IMG/VR virus record: IMGVR_UViG_3300045744_000002 | Coordinates: 1 to 59,725 of that record | Strand: one strand, 5' to 3' | DNA from: a virus | Taxonomy: Duplodnaviria; Caudoviricetes | Length of the DNA stretch: 59,725 nt | In this document: positions 29,001 to 36,813 of the stretch, in pieces | Numbering within the stretch: position 1 is the first letter of the stretch | Layout of the letters: every line of letters begins with the position of its first letter | Notes under the pieces: generated by a model | Seen by the model: only the letters and a program-made list of their open reading frames with translations | Told to the model about the DNA's origin: nothing | Database searches by the model: none | Translations under genes and position numbers: made by a program

Positions 29001-30871
29001 AGTCGATGATGCAGCGCCAGAACATCCGCGGTGCCAACCAGGACATGCTGAGTGGCTACGTGCGGCATGTGGCTGGCGCTGCGCACACGTTCGGCAAGAC
29101 GAAGATGGCGCGCGACATCAACGATGCCTGGGCTTTGATGAACAAGCACAGCCGTGAGCAGCCTGAGCTGAACACGGTCATGAACAACCTGATGACGCGC
29201 CAGACGCAGCTGGCCAAGCGCATGGAGCGCAACTGGCAGAACACGACTGCGAGCACGATCCAGGATATCTCCAGTCTTATGTCGCTGGGCTTTTCGCCGG
29301 CGTTCATGGTGCAGCAGGCCCTGCAGCCTGCCATACTGACGTTGCCGGTGCTTGCAGCACGGGCTGCGCAAGACGGTCGTAGCGTCGGCTACGGCAACGC
29401 CATGAAGTACATGAAAGAGGCGTACAACGGCGCGGTGCCGTTCTTCAGCAAGCGTGGCGCGGAGCAGTTCATGGCCGAGGCCAAGCGCATGCTCGGCACG
29501 TACAGCGGCGACGGTAAGACGCTGCAGGAATCCGCCGAGGACATGATGAACACGTTCGGCAAGACCGCCGACGAGAAGGACATGCTGCACTACCTCAACG
29601 CCCGCGGCACGCTCGACTTTGCATTTCTTAACGCGGTCAACGACGCTGCCGGACTATCGAAGATCGGCAACAAGACCAAGGCCGCACTGCGTATCTCGAT
29701 GGCCATCCCGCAGCAGATCGAAGCGATGAACCGCATGGTGTCGGGGCTGGCCACGTATCGCCTCGCGCGCGACGTGCGCGGACTCGATCACGCTGCCGCC
29801 ATGCACGAAGCCGATACCGTCGTCGCACAGACGCACGGCGACTACAGCCGTTATAACCGCCCCAGCGTGTTCAACCGGCCGTGGGTCGGCATGGCGCTGC
29901 AGTTCAAGATGTACACGCAGTTCATCTACAGCCTGCTGATCCGCAACATGGCCAACATGATGGACCGCGACCTGTCGCGCGAGGAACGCGCGCAAGCAGC
30001 GCGCACGCTGGGCTACGTGATCGGCAGCCATGCCGGCTTCGGCGGTGCGATCGGACTCGGCCCGATCGCCGGCGCGGCGAAGTTCGGCCTGGGGGGCTTG
30101 ATGTACGCGATGGCCGGCGCAGGCTTGATCGACAAAAAGAAAAAGGATCAGACGATCGGCGACTGGATACAAGCCGATTTCGAGAAGTGGGGTGACGAGC
30201 AGATGGGCCCCGGCACCGGGCGCTACTTACGTCAGCTGGCGCAGTACGGCGTCCCCGGCGCTGCCGGCATCGACATCGCCGACAAGATCGGCATCCCGGA
30301 TCTGACCACGACACACTTCGGTGGTAACCAGGCGAAGAATGCAGGCGGTGCGATGGACCAGATGCTGATCGCCGCAGCCGGGCCGGCGTACGCGAACATG
30401 AAGCGCATCGTCAACGGTACCGAACAGCTGCTCGATGGTAACCTTCAGGCTGCAGGCAAGCAGATGTTGCCGGCGGCGCCGCGGGCACTCCTCAACGCCA
30501 TTACCGAGCAACAAGACGGCGTCGTGACCGCGAGCGGGAATGTCATTCGGCCCGCGGCGGACATCTCGCCGTACCGGACGTTCCTACGCGCACTTGGGCT
30601 GCAAGACCCAGAGACCGAGATGCGCTACGAAGACCGCAGTGCACTGGCCGATGCCAAAGCGCGCATAAAGGACGATCGCAATGCGATCCTGCAAGCGTAC
30701 GCGGCGGCGAAGACGGCTGATGAACGGCATAGCGTCATGCAGCGCGTGGCGGACTTCAATCAGGGACGGCCCGCAGCCTTTCAGATCAGCGGGGCGACGC
30801 TCAAGCGGCAGCTGCAACGGTTGCCGGAGTCGAAGAACGACCAGGCGTTGGCACGCGAGCTGGGGCAATAA
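23003..30871 (+). CDS. Giant internal virion/polyvalent protein (2622 aa) with GGDEF domain, HExxH metallopeptidase and PLxRFG/LPD-like C-terminus
   Basis: DMNGLKRINDTFGHGAGD...GGDEF (aa 999-1003); HEFAH (aa 1437) with later EWIAD; YFPLTREG; THGDYSRYNRP...QFK; last gene of the virion operon. Confidence 0.85.
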   Translation: MADWNDPIAQAMAQRASDVPAPNFQGGTPAGDAQAQQNQQQFQPSASASVSVSGGAMGTPSDQDRPTLYGYNPQTHEVLVNGQKIGRDFSAWSAAANLPPDQIKPMSVNAISQDGFIPLSQDQFKAFIQGIDQNAQGRMVGNTLHNLFTGAEQTAAGGGRLALRSIGGWLDNLTAPGRAELQSPEVQQFLQNHPTLASALNTMLSIPGQLKQQANDTTDFWQNAVQQQDQADRAGESLQQQAYADQSFANHPVHATLNTLTTALPQAAPALAAFAMNPGLGTLAMSAQGNEAGAEEASARFQQATAGLTPDQFTAANPQYAQLRAQGLNDTQARDALRQHAMNVAGDVTGAMSALTAPLMGRIPLAAIGRAQALMPGIGGSGVGGWLGRRLAMAAGTSAENALLTAATNIPGQVAGDVASGRGIQGAGDYAQGIGSAALVGALLGGITRAPDRVATTQASDIGAAANTVHAVSQPRPQQPPVGMVADMFGTAPPSQPGEFQQRSEPAPAVQNPAQGDLLQPQQGQVSDLFNSAPPSAPTSDVGAPQAPAQPAGGGPAQPDLLPPAGPAPAPRVSLIQQRAMEQARPQPQGIQGALPAPPSIEALNQARDALQGHLDGLQNQRSKVARQLKATIEQIDAQIKQRDSEELAAQIARGREARMPQDNSIIGNPQTGQHELFENPGNGQPDLAPAGNTQPPPIGQEQPMSVEEAQARLQALRARNPQNQAPQSDMFARQLKSALQQHIEQSQNGTSPSTAEPVQDLQAQMQALKDGTRDAVFVAAGNEAQAPKVSGKVARTITRPEGTLVTTNAAKAKAYREAPQVNDELLARLQDLPQSKADALQQGDNTVTQAVDQNGAVVKEALGSGNADAVAQAAPPGGAVRQLSAEEAQARRQELNQRFDAGEALSPEDAAELVRLTRDERDMAKPGQQPLQGMLNGDAGPRAAEAAGHKGYLHTDMNGLKRINDTFGHGAGDSLLRSFATLYRDIAAKHGGLSWLAGGDEFVSSYPTRAAAVKAHAELQRAAKNHVVEFQANDGTVHRVEGVGFAGGVGKNVREADSNSEQSKRAQYAATGAERRGVASDRRAQESVNEPARQSDANTGRAARQSQGVSRAAQREVVATATKSAALKERAAAQRAAVTDEAKVNEAIGKKKVPASQQDALNALRKDVEANHPQYAETFEQPTEREGAGRRPESPLTAVPMTEHEMGALAEHTRAVASSEASELERGTWSPKNSQLARILEAAGARPSDTQLRRVVADMAKATPEQLRGFIEAAGPRLADSTLAKGIVRGMDNVRAAVRDHGGSSEPLDAYEGKVVRSMDVGASAKNAGGELPEKNELYSRGRVTMYGKDLPPQVGEAVREWTRTFEKSSGRFLPDEMHVMTPDQARALYGAAAVPKSDAFSGELKNPVTGKMDHVIAVDWKALGDGAASVETLAHEFAHTAMDSVFDQLPKADQTAVRQAYNEWLQAQGRGTPTETMLKRLPPALADVLRETGATPDKAYAESWHEWIADEVAKWMMTDQRPRTAVERFFSHLADIFQKLYAAVTGRGRPTDAVATMMDNLVERSRNLRAADATARANDMAYGREPVEPSPAPEATRQKIDLSAVKQRADKIVEGSKALASDLGKTFDNGPAAIKDRINQTWSRVAEGRGGDIMRNIAHGLMSTRDIVDRYRGRGRFGEGLVDWDNAQRMAEKLGREVQQQANIASERAQRLSAPVKRALNQLMYKTTVYGIHPDEAFGTGRNAHLQDPDKTVTDSNRARYNEVRAAWKQLEGIPGDPQGVYQQLRDALATIRRETFTARHANIDKLDVSSDAKAEMHALLAAQEERTLEGPYFPLTREGNYITTAMMPAKNLGEAQTKAEAMALGAREKAVNPHAEIMLSKTPDGTWSVHAGEKAVYFHPTLADAKAARAGIETEMREAWQHLAVDLDQAQTELGNKPIFEGPFHTQDFFQKMEVPNLNKFTAEINKLRDAGKLDPEVYKKFSEMVLESLPETSPRKSMMQRQNIRGANQDMLSGYVRHVAGAAHTFGKTKMARDINDAWALMNKHSREQPELNTVMNNLMTRQTQLAKRMERNWQNTTASTIQDISSLMSLGFSPAFMVQQALQPAILTLPVLAARAAQDGRSVGYGNAMKYMKEAYNGAVPFFSKRGAEQFMAEAKRMLGTYSGDGKTLQESAEDMMNTFGKTADEKDMLHYLNARGTLDFAFLNAVNDAAGLSKIGNKTKAALRISMAIPQQIEAMNRMVSGLATYRLARDVRGLDHAAAMHEADTVVAQTHGDYSRYNRPSVFNRPWVGMALQFKMYTQFIYSLLIRNMANMMDRDLSREERAQAARTLGYVIGSHAGFGGAIGLGPIAGAAKFGLGGLMYAMAGAGLIDKKKKDQTIGDWIQADFEKWGDEQMGPGTGRYLRQLAQYGVPGAAGIDIADKIGIPDLTTTHFGGNQAKNAGGAMDQMLIAAAGPAYANMKRIVNGTEQLLDGNLQAAGKQMLPAAPRALLNAITEQQDGVVTASGNVIRPAADISPYRTFLRALGLQDPETEMRYEDRSALADAKARIKDDRNAILQAYAAAKTADERHSVMQRVADFNQGRPAAFQISGATLKRQLQRLPESKNDQALARELGQ

Positions 30872-30903
30872 AAAACCCCTGAAGCAGGGGACGCATCAGG
30901 GGT
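30870..30903 (-). terminator. Hairpin at the convergence of the two arms
   Basis: ACCCCTGA...TCAGGGGT preceded by an A-run. Confidence 0.5.
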
Positions 30904-30952
30904 AAAGACGTACTGCATGACATGCACTGCTTCCTGGGTGCGACCCGATTGT

Positions 30953-30984
30953 AAAAGAAAACCCGCTGGAATGGCCAGCGGGTT
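30953..30984 (-). terminator. Intrinsic terminator for the leftward replication genes
   Basis: AACCCGCTGG-AATGG-CCAGCGGGTT preceded by AAAAGAA. Confidence 0.75.
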
Positions 30985-31076
30985 CTCCGGGGGTGCTGCG
31001 GTGTGCGAGCCGCAACGGGACGCCTCTCATAACGTCGAGGTGAGTATCGCTCACCTGCACAAAGGAGCGCAACGCC

Positions 31077-34000
31077 TCACGGCGTGGCCGCGTTCAGGTT
31101 GGCGACGGTAGGAGACGCCACCGTGAGCACGGCGTGGCCAAGCACGCTGGCATCGAATTCTACGCCCTTCGCGCGAAAATTCCGTGGAGTCCCGACCATG
31201 AAGGTCATGCGATCGATGCGCCGTACGCGCGCGCCGCTGAGCTGCTCGGCCTGCATCCACTCCAGCACCGCCTTGAAATCGCCGTTGCGCTCGACGACGT
31301 ACTGCTTCAATTGTTCAAGCGGAATTTGCACCGCCTTCACCTCCATCTTGCTACCGTGATTTACCCCACGAATCTCACCACAGAACGCGGTGCTGGTCGG
31401 CGGGGACATGAGGGAGGTGCCGGTATCACCACCAAATAGTGCGAACTGATTGATCTTGTCCGTGATGTAGTTGGTAATGAAGTCCTCGGCGTGAACGCGA
31501 CCCATCTCGAACTCTTGGACTTGAGTGTGCCAATGACGCTTCACTTCCTCGACGATCGCCGCGCGGTCGAAGGCCAAGCCGAACGCTTTGCCTAGCCCCG
31601 CGCCGATGTCGATAAGTGCCGCTACAACGGTACGGAACCGATCGCCGGTCGTGTCGGCCATGTGCTGATCCCACCACGCGATCCGGTCCATGACGACCTT
31701 GCGCCAGTACGCCTCACCGCGTGCCATGAACAACTGCACCAAACGCGGGCCTAAAAAACCGTAATTCGACTGTAGCTGCTCGATCAGCGCTTTCGTCGCG
31801 CCCATCTGCGACGGGTCCACGTTGAGAGGGTATAGCCGCATCTCGAACACACGTGCCGCCTCGGCAACAGCGTCAGGGCGGTACCGCTGCATCTTGTCGT
31901 GCACGGATGTGTTGGACGTGGCGATCGCCGGCAGGCACCAGCGGTGACCGTTCTCGCGCAGCTGGGCATCCGCTGTGAGGCGGTGGCGCTCGCGGCCTTG
32001 CGTGATGGTGTAGATATAGTTGGACAGGTCCTTGCCTTCGACGTTGGTGAACTCGTCGATCACCATGGGCAGGTTGCCACTGACCGCCGCCAGGTGGAAC
32101 GTCGCCGCGGCCGTGTCGCGGAAATCCTTGCGCAGCGTCTTGGGCTTGCCCCAGATCGAGAGGATCGCATCGCACAGGGTCGACTTGCCGACGCCTGACT
32201 GCGGTGAGTACGCATTGAGCAGGACACCGTCGACACCGCTGAAGGCCATCAGCGGCGCAGCGAGCCCCAGCGCAACGATCGCCGCACGGTCATGGCCACC
32301 GGCAATGACCTGGTTGAATGCTGACAGCCACGCCGCCTCGGTACCGGCCTGGTGGTAGGCCTCGATCTCCCCCTGCGCCTTGTTCGGTCGGATCATCTCG
32401 CTGCCGGTACCGGTGTACATCGTGGTACCGAGGATGAAGCCCTTGAAATCATCGGTCCAGCCACACCGCGAAGCAATCGCGTTGGCCTGGCGGATACGCT
32501 GCATCTGCGAGAAAAACTCAGGCATAAATTTGTCCTGCAGGTCTTTGGCTTGCTGCGCGTTGAAGTGCATGCCGGCGCCGGACAGCAAACCGGCGAACCG
32601 GCGCGAGTCGACCATGGCGCCGTGGTCGAACTCCACCCTCACCACGCCGTCGCTGTGCCGGTTGAACATCACCACGGTCATCGCGCCTTTCCCCGTGATG
32701 TCGATCAAGCGCTCGGCGCTGATCATGGGGTAGGACCCGATCGGAATGATGGTAGGCGGCGGCGGCGGAGCGCCGGGCGTGGGGGGTGGATCTTGCTTGA
32801 CCAGCGACGGGATGCCGTTATGCACAGCCAGCCGCTGCGTCAAATTGCCATCGACCACCTGTACCGACGTGATGCCGGGGGTGATCAGGAAACAGCCGAC
32901 CTGGTGCGCCGGCTGGGTGGCCATGAGGCCCATCTGCGGGGCCGTAGGCGCGGGTGGGATACTGACGGCTGCCGGTGTCGGGGCCGGCATCGGCACAGCG
33001 CTCTGTGGCTGTAGCACGCGCGGCTGGTAGCGCCCCGTGACCGAGGGCGCCTTATGCGTTGCGCGCAGTGGACAGGTGGCGCACTCGCGCATGCCCAGCC
33101 GGGCCATCGTCTCGCACGTCGGCGGCTCGTAGCCCTGCGCCACGACCTGGTCCCACTTGGTGGCGAATACGTCCCGATCGAACGAGGGGTGGCCTGCCGA
33201 GAGGTGCCATGCCACCTTGCGCTTGGTGTCCTCCGGGTCATCAGCTGCGGCCACCAGCGTCAGCACGGCATGCCAGAGTGGCTCGTTGTCGTGCGCACCC
33301 TGGTCCTGGAACCGCTGCAGCATGCCGGGGCACGTCTTCAAGACGCCCTTCATGGAGAACGGGGGGTGTAGGTTACTGGCGAGCGGCGAGACGTAGCCGC
33401 CCATGCCGGCCGGACGCTGGCCCGCAATAGCTGTCATGGCAGGCTGGTACCGACCCAGCACCTGCTCGAAGTGCGCCGGATCGACCGGCGCGGCCATGGT
33501 CTTCTGCACCACCTGCACAGCGGTACCGTTCTTGAAATTCCATGTGCCGGGCAGGCGCAGGATGCGCGCCGCGTCCTGGGTCGTCGTCGGGTCCACCACC
33601 AGGCCGTACTGCGCCATGGCGGCGCTCAGGCGCGACGACAGCGCGCCCCAGCGCACGGCGTCGACGTCACGGTCGAACGGCCAGTACGCATGGATGCCGT
33701 AGCCGGAGTCGACCATCAGCGGCAACGGCATCCCCGTACCCTGCAGGAATGCCTTCAGCGCGGCCCAAGCATCTGCTTTCGTGCGGTACGGTGTCGCTGC
33801 CAGCTTCACCGGATCGGTGCCGCTGTACACGTCGATGTCGATGCGCAGGCAGCGATGCCACAGGGCATTGTCGGCGGTGCGCGCTATCTTGGTTTTGCCG
33901 GCGTTCTTGCCGGTCTTGACGATGCGCGTTTTCGGACCATAGCCAGCGATGGCCACGTAGACGTCGCAGCCCTTCGCAATGGCGTAATCGATCGCGCCTT

Positions 34001-34142
34001 CGATGTCTTGTTGTGAAATGTGTGCTTCGTGGTCAACCTGCCAGGTGAGCCGCTTGCCAGGCTCACCCGGAAACATCAGGTCGTAGATGCGCGTGCCCTG
34101 AGAGGGAAGCACGGCATCGAGAAATGCAGTTGGAAGTTGCAT
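31077..34142 (-). CDS. Primase (AEP/primpol-like) fused to DUF927-type helicase
   Basis: RIDID, SGYGIHAYW, DAARILRLPGTWN, Cys cluster; C-terminal SGVGKST Walker A and IDE Walker B. Confidence 0.85.
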   Translation of the reverse strand: MQLPTAFLDAVLPSQGTRIYDLMFPGEPGKRLTWQVDHEAHISQQDIEGAIDYAIAKGCDVYVAIAGYGPKTRIVKTGKNAGKTKIARTADNALWHRCLRIDIDVYSGTDPVKLAATPYRTKADAWAALKAFLQGTGMPLPLMVDSGYGIHAYWPFDRDVDAVRWGALSSRLSAAMAQYGLVVDPTTTQDAARILRLPGTWNFKNGTAVQVVQKTMAAPVDPAHFEQVLGRYQPAMTAIAGQRPAGMGGYVSPLASNLHPPFSMKGVLKTCPGMLQRFQDQGAHDNEPLWHAVLTLVAAADDPEDTKRKVAWHLSAGHPSFDRDVFATKWDQVVAQGYEPPTCETMARLGMRECATCPLRATHKAPSVTGRYQPRVLQPQSAVPMPAPTPAAVSIPPAPTAPQMGLMATQPAHQVGCFLITPGITSVQVVDGNLTQRLAVHNGIPSLVKQDPPPTPGAPPPPPTIIPIGSYPMISAERLIDITGKGAMTVVMFNRHSDGVVRVEFDHGAMVDSRRFAGLLSGAGMHFNAQQAKDLQDKFMPEFFSQMQRIRQANAIASRCGWTDDFKGFILGTTMYTGTGSEMIRPNKAQGEIEAYHQAGTEAAWLSAFNQVIAGGHDRAAIVALGLAAPLMAFSGVDGVLLNAYSPQSGVGKSTLCDAILSIWGKPKTLRKDFRDTAAATFHLAAVSGNLPMVIDEFTNVEGKDLSNYIYTITQGRERHRLTADAQLRENGHRWCLPAIATSNTSVHDKMQRYRPDAVAEAARVFEMRLYPLNVDPSQMGATKALIEQLQSNYGFLGPRLVQLFMARGEAYWRKVVMDRIAWWDQHMADTTGDRFRTVVAALIDIGAGLGKAFGLAFDRAAIVEEVKRHWHTQVQEFEMGRVHAEDFITNYITDKINQFALFGGDTGTSLMSPPTSTAFCGEIRGVNHGSKMEVKAVQIPLEQLKQYVVERNGDFKAVLEWMQAEQLSGARVRRIDRMTFMVGTPRNFRAKGVEFDASVLGHAVLTVASPTVANLNAATP

Positions 34143-34156
34143 GCGTCCCGCCCCTG

Positions 34157-34186
34157 AAAAGCCCCGCGGGCGGATTCCTGCGGGGC
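34157..34186 (-). terminator. Terminator after SSB
   Basis: GCCCCGC...GCGGGGC preceded by AAAA. Confidence 0.6.
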
Positions 34187-34210
34187 ACTACCGCTGACGC
34201 GCTTGCGCGC

Positions 34211-35461
34211 TCAGTTGCCGAACATCGCGTCAACGCTGTTCAGCACTTCTTGCGGCAACGCAGACGGGGCGGCTTGCGTTTGGGGAGCCGGCGCAGCGGC
34301 CTGGGGCGGCGCATAGGCCATCGGCTGCTGGACGGGCGGCGCAGCGACAGGAGGGGGTGCGAAGGATGTCTGCTGGGGCGCCTGCGCGGGCTGCTGCGGG
34401 ATCGGCGCCGCGGCCTGAGCCACAGGTTGCGCCTGCACGGGCGGCGGCGCGCCCCACGCCGCGGTAGCCGGCGGCGGTGCGGCAGGCGCGGGCGCCGGAG
34501 CCATTGCCGGTGCGGTACCCCAGGCTTGAGCGGGCTGCTGTGCGGGGGGTGGCACGGCAGGAGCCGGTGCGGTTTGTGTGACCTGCACGGGCGCCGATGT
34601 CGCAACGTGCTGCGCCATCGTCTGCGGCGGCTGACCCTGAATGGGTGCCGGTGCGGGAGCAGGTGCCGGTGCCGGTGCAGCGACGTTCTGCGGCGCGGCC
34701 TGGCTACCCTGGTTCAAGATGTCACGTGTGCGCGGATCGGCGCGCATGGCCACCACCTCAGCGAACTGCTGATCGGACAGGTACTGCATCGCCTGGAACT
34801 GCAGCTTCGGGTACGACACCGTGTAGTCGAACGTGATGCGCACGATGACGGCAAAGAACGGAATGCCCTGCGCGGACAGCGTGCGATCGAACTGCGCCAG
34901 CCCCTGCAACGAGGCTGCCGGAATGCGCAGCAGCATCGGACCGCCGAAGCGCTCGTTCTGGATGTTGACGGGCGGCACGACCACGACCTTGCGCGTATCC
35001 GCGCAGGCTTTGCTGTTCGTCGCGACACCATCGCTGGATTTCTTCGAGCCGAAGGCGTTCCAGGGGCACGTACGGCAATCGACAGCTTGCGGCTGCTTGC
35101 CGGCGGGTGCGACCGGATGGACACCGTCCTCGCTGGAACAGTCGGGCGCTTCGCTGCTGCCTTCGACGTAGCCGCTGGCGTAATAGGTCTTGGAGAGTTC
35201 TTTCTTCGCATCGACCAGGATCACGTCGAGGTATTGCAACGGCTGATTGGTCTGCGGATCGACCAGTAGCGTTTCGTTGGCGCCGTACTTGATGCGAAAC
35301 ACTTTGCCCTTGTAGGACACGTTGGCAAACTGCACGCCCACGCCTTGCGACAAGGCCGAGTCTTGCACGTTGTAGCCCATCGCTTGCAGCTGGTTCTGGA
35401 TCAGCGCGGGCATCTGAGCCTGCTGCATGGCAGGGCTCATGGGAACGAGTTGGTTGGACAT
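34211..35461 (-). CDS. Probable ssDNA-binding/annealing protein with long Pro/Ala/Gln tail
   Basis: SKTYY...PDCSS.DG..P, C..CPWN.FGS, KAC, LRIPAASL, YPKLQF motifs; located in the replication module. Confidence 0.6.
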   Translation of the reverse strand: MSNQLVPMSPAMQQAQMPALIQNQLQAMGYNVQDSALSQGVGVQFANVSYKGKVFRIKYGANETLLVDPQTNQPLQYLDVILVDAKKELSKTYYASGYVEGSSEAPDCSSEDGVHPVAPAGKQPQAVDCRTCPWNAFGSKKSSDGVATNSKACADTRKVVVVPPVNIQNERFGGPMLLRIPAASLQGLAQFDRTLSAQGIPFFAVIVRITFDYTVSYPKLQFQAMQYLSDQQFAEVVAMRADPRTRDILNQGSQAAPQNVAAPAPAPAPAPAPIQGQPPQTMAQHVATSAPVQVTQTAPAPAVPPPAQQPAQAWGTAPAMAPAPAPAAPPPATAAWGAPPPVQAQPVAQAAAPIPQQPAQAPQQTSFAPPPVAAPPVQQPMAYAPPQAAAPAPQTQAAPSALPQEVLNSVDAMFGN

Positions 35462-35509
35462 AATCCGTTTTCTCCGTTGAGAGAGGCGATTGGTGTTGGT
35501 ACTGCGCGG

Positions 35510-36235
35510 TTAGCGTCGGAACTGCACAACGACTTCGCTATACACCGCAATGCCCGGCGGCGCTTCGTTGTGTTGCTCGACGTATTCCCGAACAGGATCT
35601 TGGCGGACATCTTTCTTGAGCATGTCGGAACGACCGTGCTGCTCGACCCACGTAAAGAACGCCTCGCCATCGCCCACACTATAGCGCGTGTTGGTCTTCT
35701 TGAAAGCGGTTCCTTCGGGCGTTTTGAAACTCGTCATGTTGCCGGCATCCAGGCGTGCCTTGACTTTCGTTTCGATCTCGTCCATGCGCTTGTCGAACTG
35801 GGCTTCCATCTCTTCCTTGTGCTTGGCTTCCCGGCGCTTTTTCTCGTCGCGGAGTTTTATGTACTGCTCTATCAATTCCGCTTCGGTGAACTTGGCATCG
35901 GGATCGTCAGAGTTCGGCGCTAAAGCGCCAGTCGCCGCGCTCGTAAGCGATGGCATCCCGGACGTAGTCATAGAAGGCGGAATGATCGGGGCCACGACCG
36001 GTGTCGCCGGCGGCACGTTCATGTGTGGCACGCTGGCCAGCGTCGGTATGCTCGCCGGTGGCGGACTCGCGAGCTGCTGCATCACCGTACCACCGGGGAA
36101 GCTCGGGGATGATGGTGTATTCAACGAAGTAGAGGCCATCGAGGTCGAGTCCGGTAAAGTTGTCCGGAGCGATGGCATACCGATTGGCACTGACGTTGCT
36201 GCGGGTGATGGTTTGAGTAAGTTGGGCATTGACAT
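35510..36235 (-). CDS. Conserved replication-module protein with Pro/Ser/Thr-rich N-extension
   Basis: C-terminal YIKLRD...SFKT..GT...PPG domain; GGAG SD before ATG 36235. Confidence 0.7.
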   Translation of the reverse strand: MSMPNLLKPSPAATSVPIGMPSLRTTLPDSTSMASTSLNTPSSPSFPGGTVMQQLASPPPASIPTLASVPHMNVPPATPVVAPIIPPSMTTSGMPSLTSAATGALAPNSDDPDAKFTEAELIEQYIKLRDEKKRREAKHKEEMEAQFDKRMDEIETKVKARLDAGNMTSFKTPEGTAFKKTNTRYSVGDGEAFFTWVEQHGRSDMLKKDVRQDPVREYVEQHNEAPPGIAVYSEVVVQFRR

Positions 36236-36340
36236 GGTAGTTCTCCGGAAGGGTTTGTATAACAGGTTGACCTTGTACGCTATAGCGCACAGTTGAATAA
36301 TTTTCTTGCACCCAGCGATTAACGATGTCGAATATGGTGT

Positions 36341-36577
36341 TCATGAGATCACCGGTTCGCCGTCGATCTTGTATTGTCCTTCATCAGCTCGCGTATTCCA
36401 TTCGCGTGCTTTCCGGACAATGGCCATCACATGGCGACTGTCTACGTTGGTAGGACCATTGGACATAAGACGTAGGAGCGCATCGCGCTCTTCAGGTAGC
36501 AAATATCCGTATATAAAGCCGACCGCACCAGGAATTTGCTGACCAAAAAGCCTACCAATATATCCATCAGTGCTCAT
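36341..36577 (-). CDS. Hypothetical protein ending DGEPVIS
   Basis: ATGA-coupled; lower GC. Confidence 0.7.
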   Translation of the reverse strand: MSTDGYIGRLFGQQIPGAVGFIYGYLLPEERDALLRLMSNGPTNVDSRHVMAIVRKAREWNTRADEGQYKIDGEPVIS

Positions 36578-36599
36578 GAGATCACCGGTTCGCCGTCGA
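36341..36599. repeat. Exact 26-bp direct repeat at gene junctions (36341..36366, 36574..36599)
   Basis: TCATGAGATCACCGGTTCGCCGTCGA occurs twice. Confidence 0.92.
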
Positions 36600-36813
36600 G
36601 TAAATAGCCACCTGAAGCTACGCGTCGATCTGAAACGAGCCGATCGAACAGTGTGTCAGTGATGCGCTCAATTTTCGTGTTTTCCACCAGCGCGATCGCT
36701 CGTTTATGGCTACCGATTGTTGGGTCGAGCTGAAGAAATTCATTCGAAATGTGCGAATCTCTATGCGCGACCCACGTAAGTGTGCGCCGATCGATATAAA
36801 TTCGCGCGCTCAT
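36574..36813 (-). CDS. Hypothetical protein ending DGEPVIS
   Basis: ATGA-coupled to the helicase gene. Confidence 0.7.
   Translation of the reverse strand: MSARIYIDRRTLTWVAHRDSHISNEFLQLDPTIGSHKRAIALVENTKIERITDTLFDRLVSDRRVASGGYLLDGEPVIS

Noticed and set aside
27626-29590. 654-aa antisense ORF and other long shadow ORFs
   Set aside because: Expected by-product of high GC3 opposite a real gene; no recognisable motifs.
36341-36599. 26-bp repeats as a mini-CRISPR array
   Set aside because: Only two copies, 207 bp apart, and both are coding.
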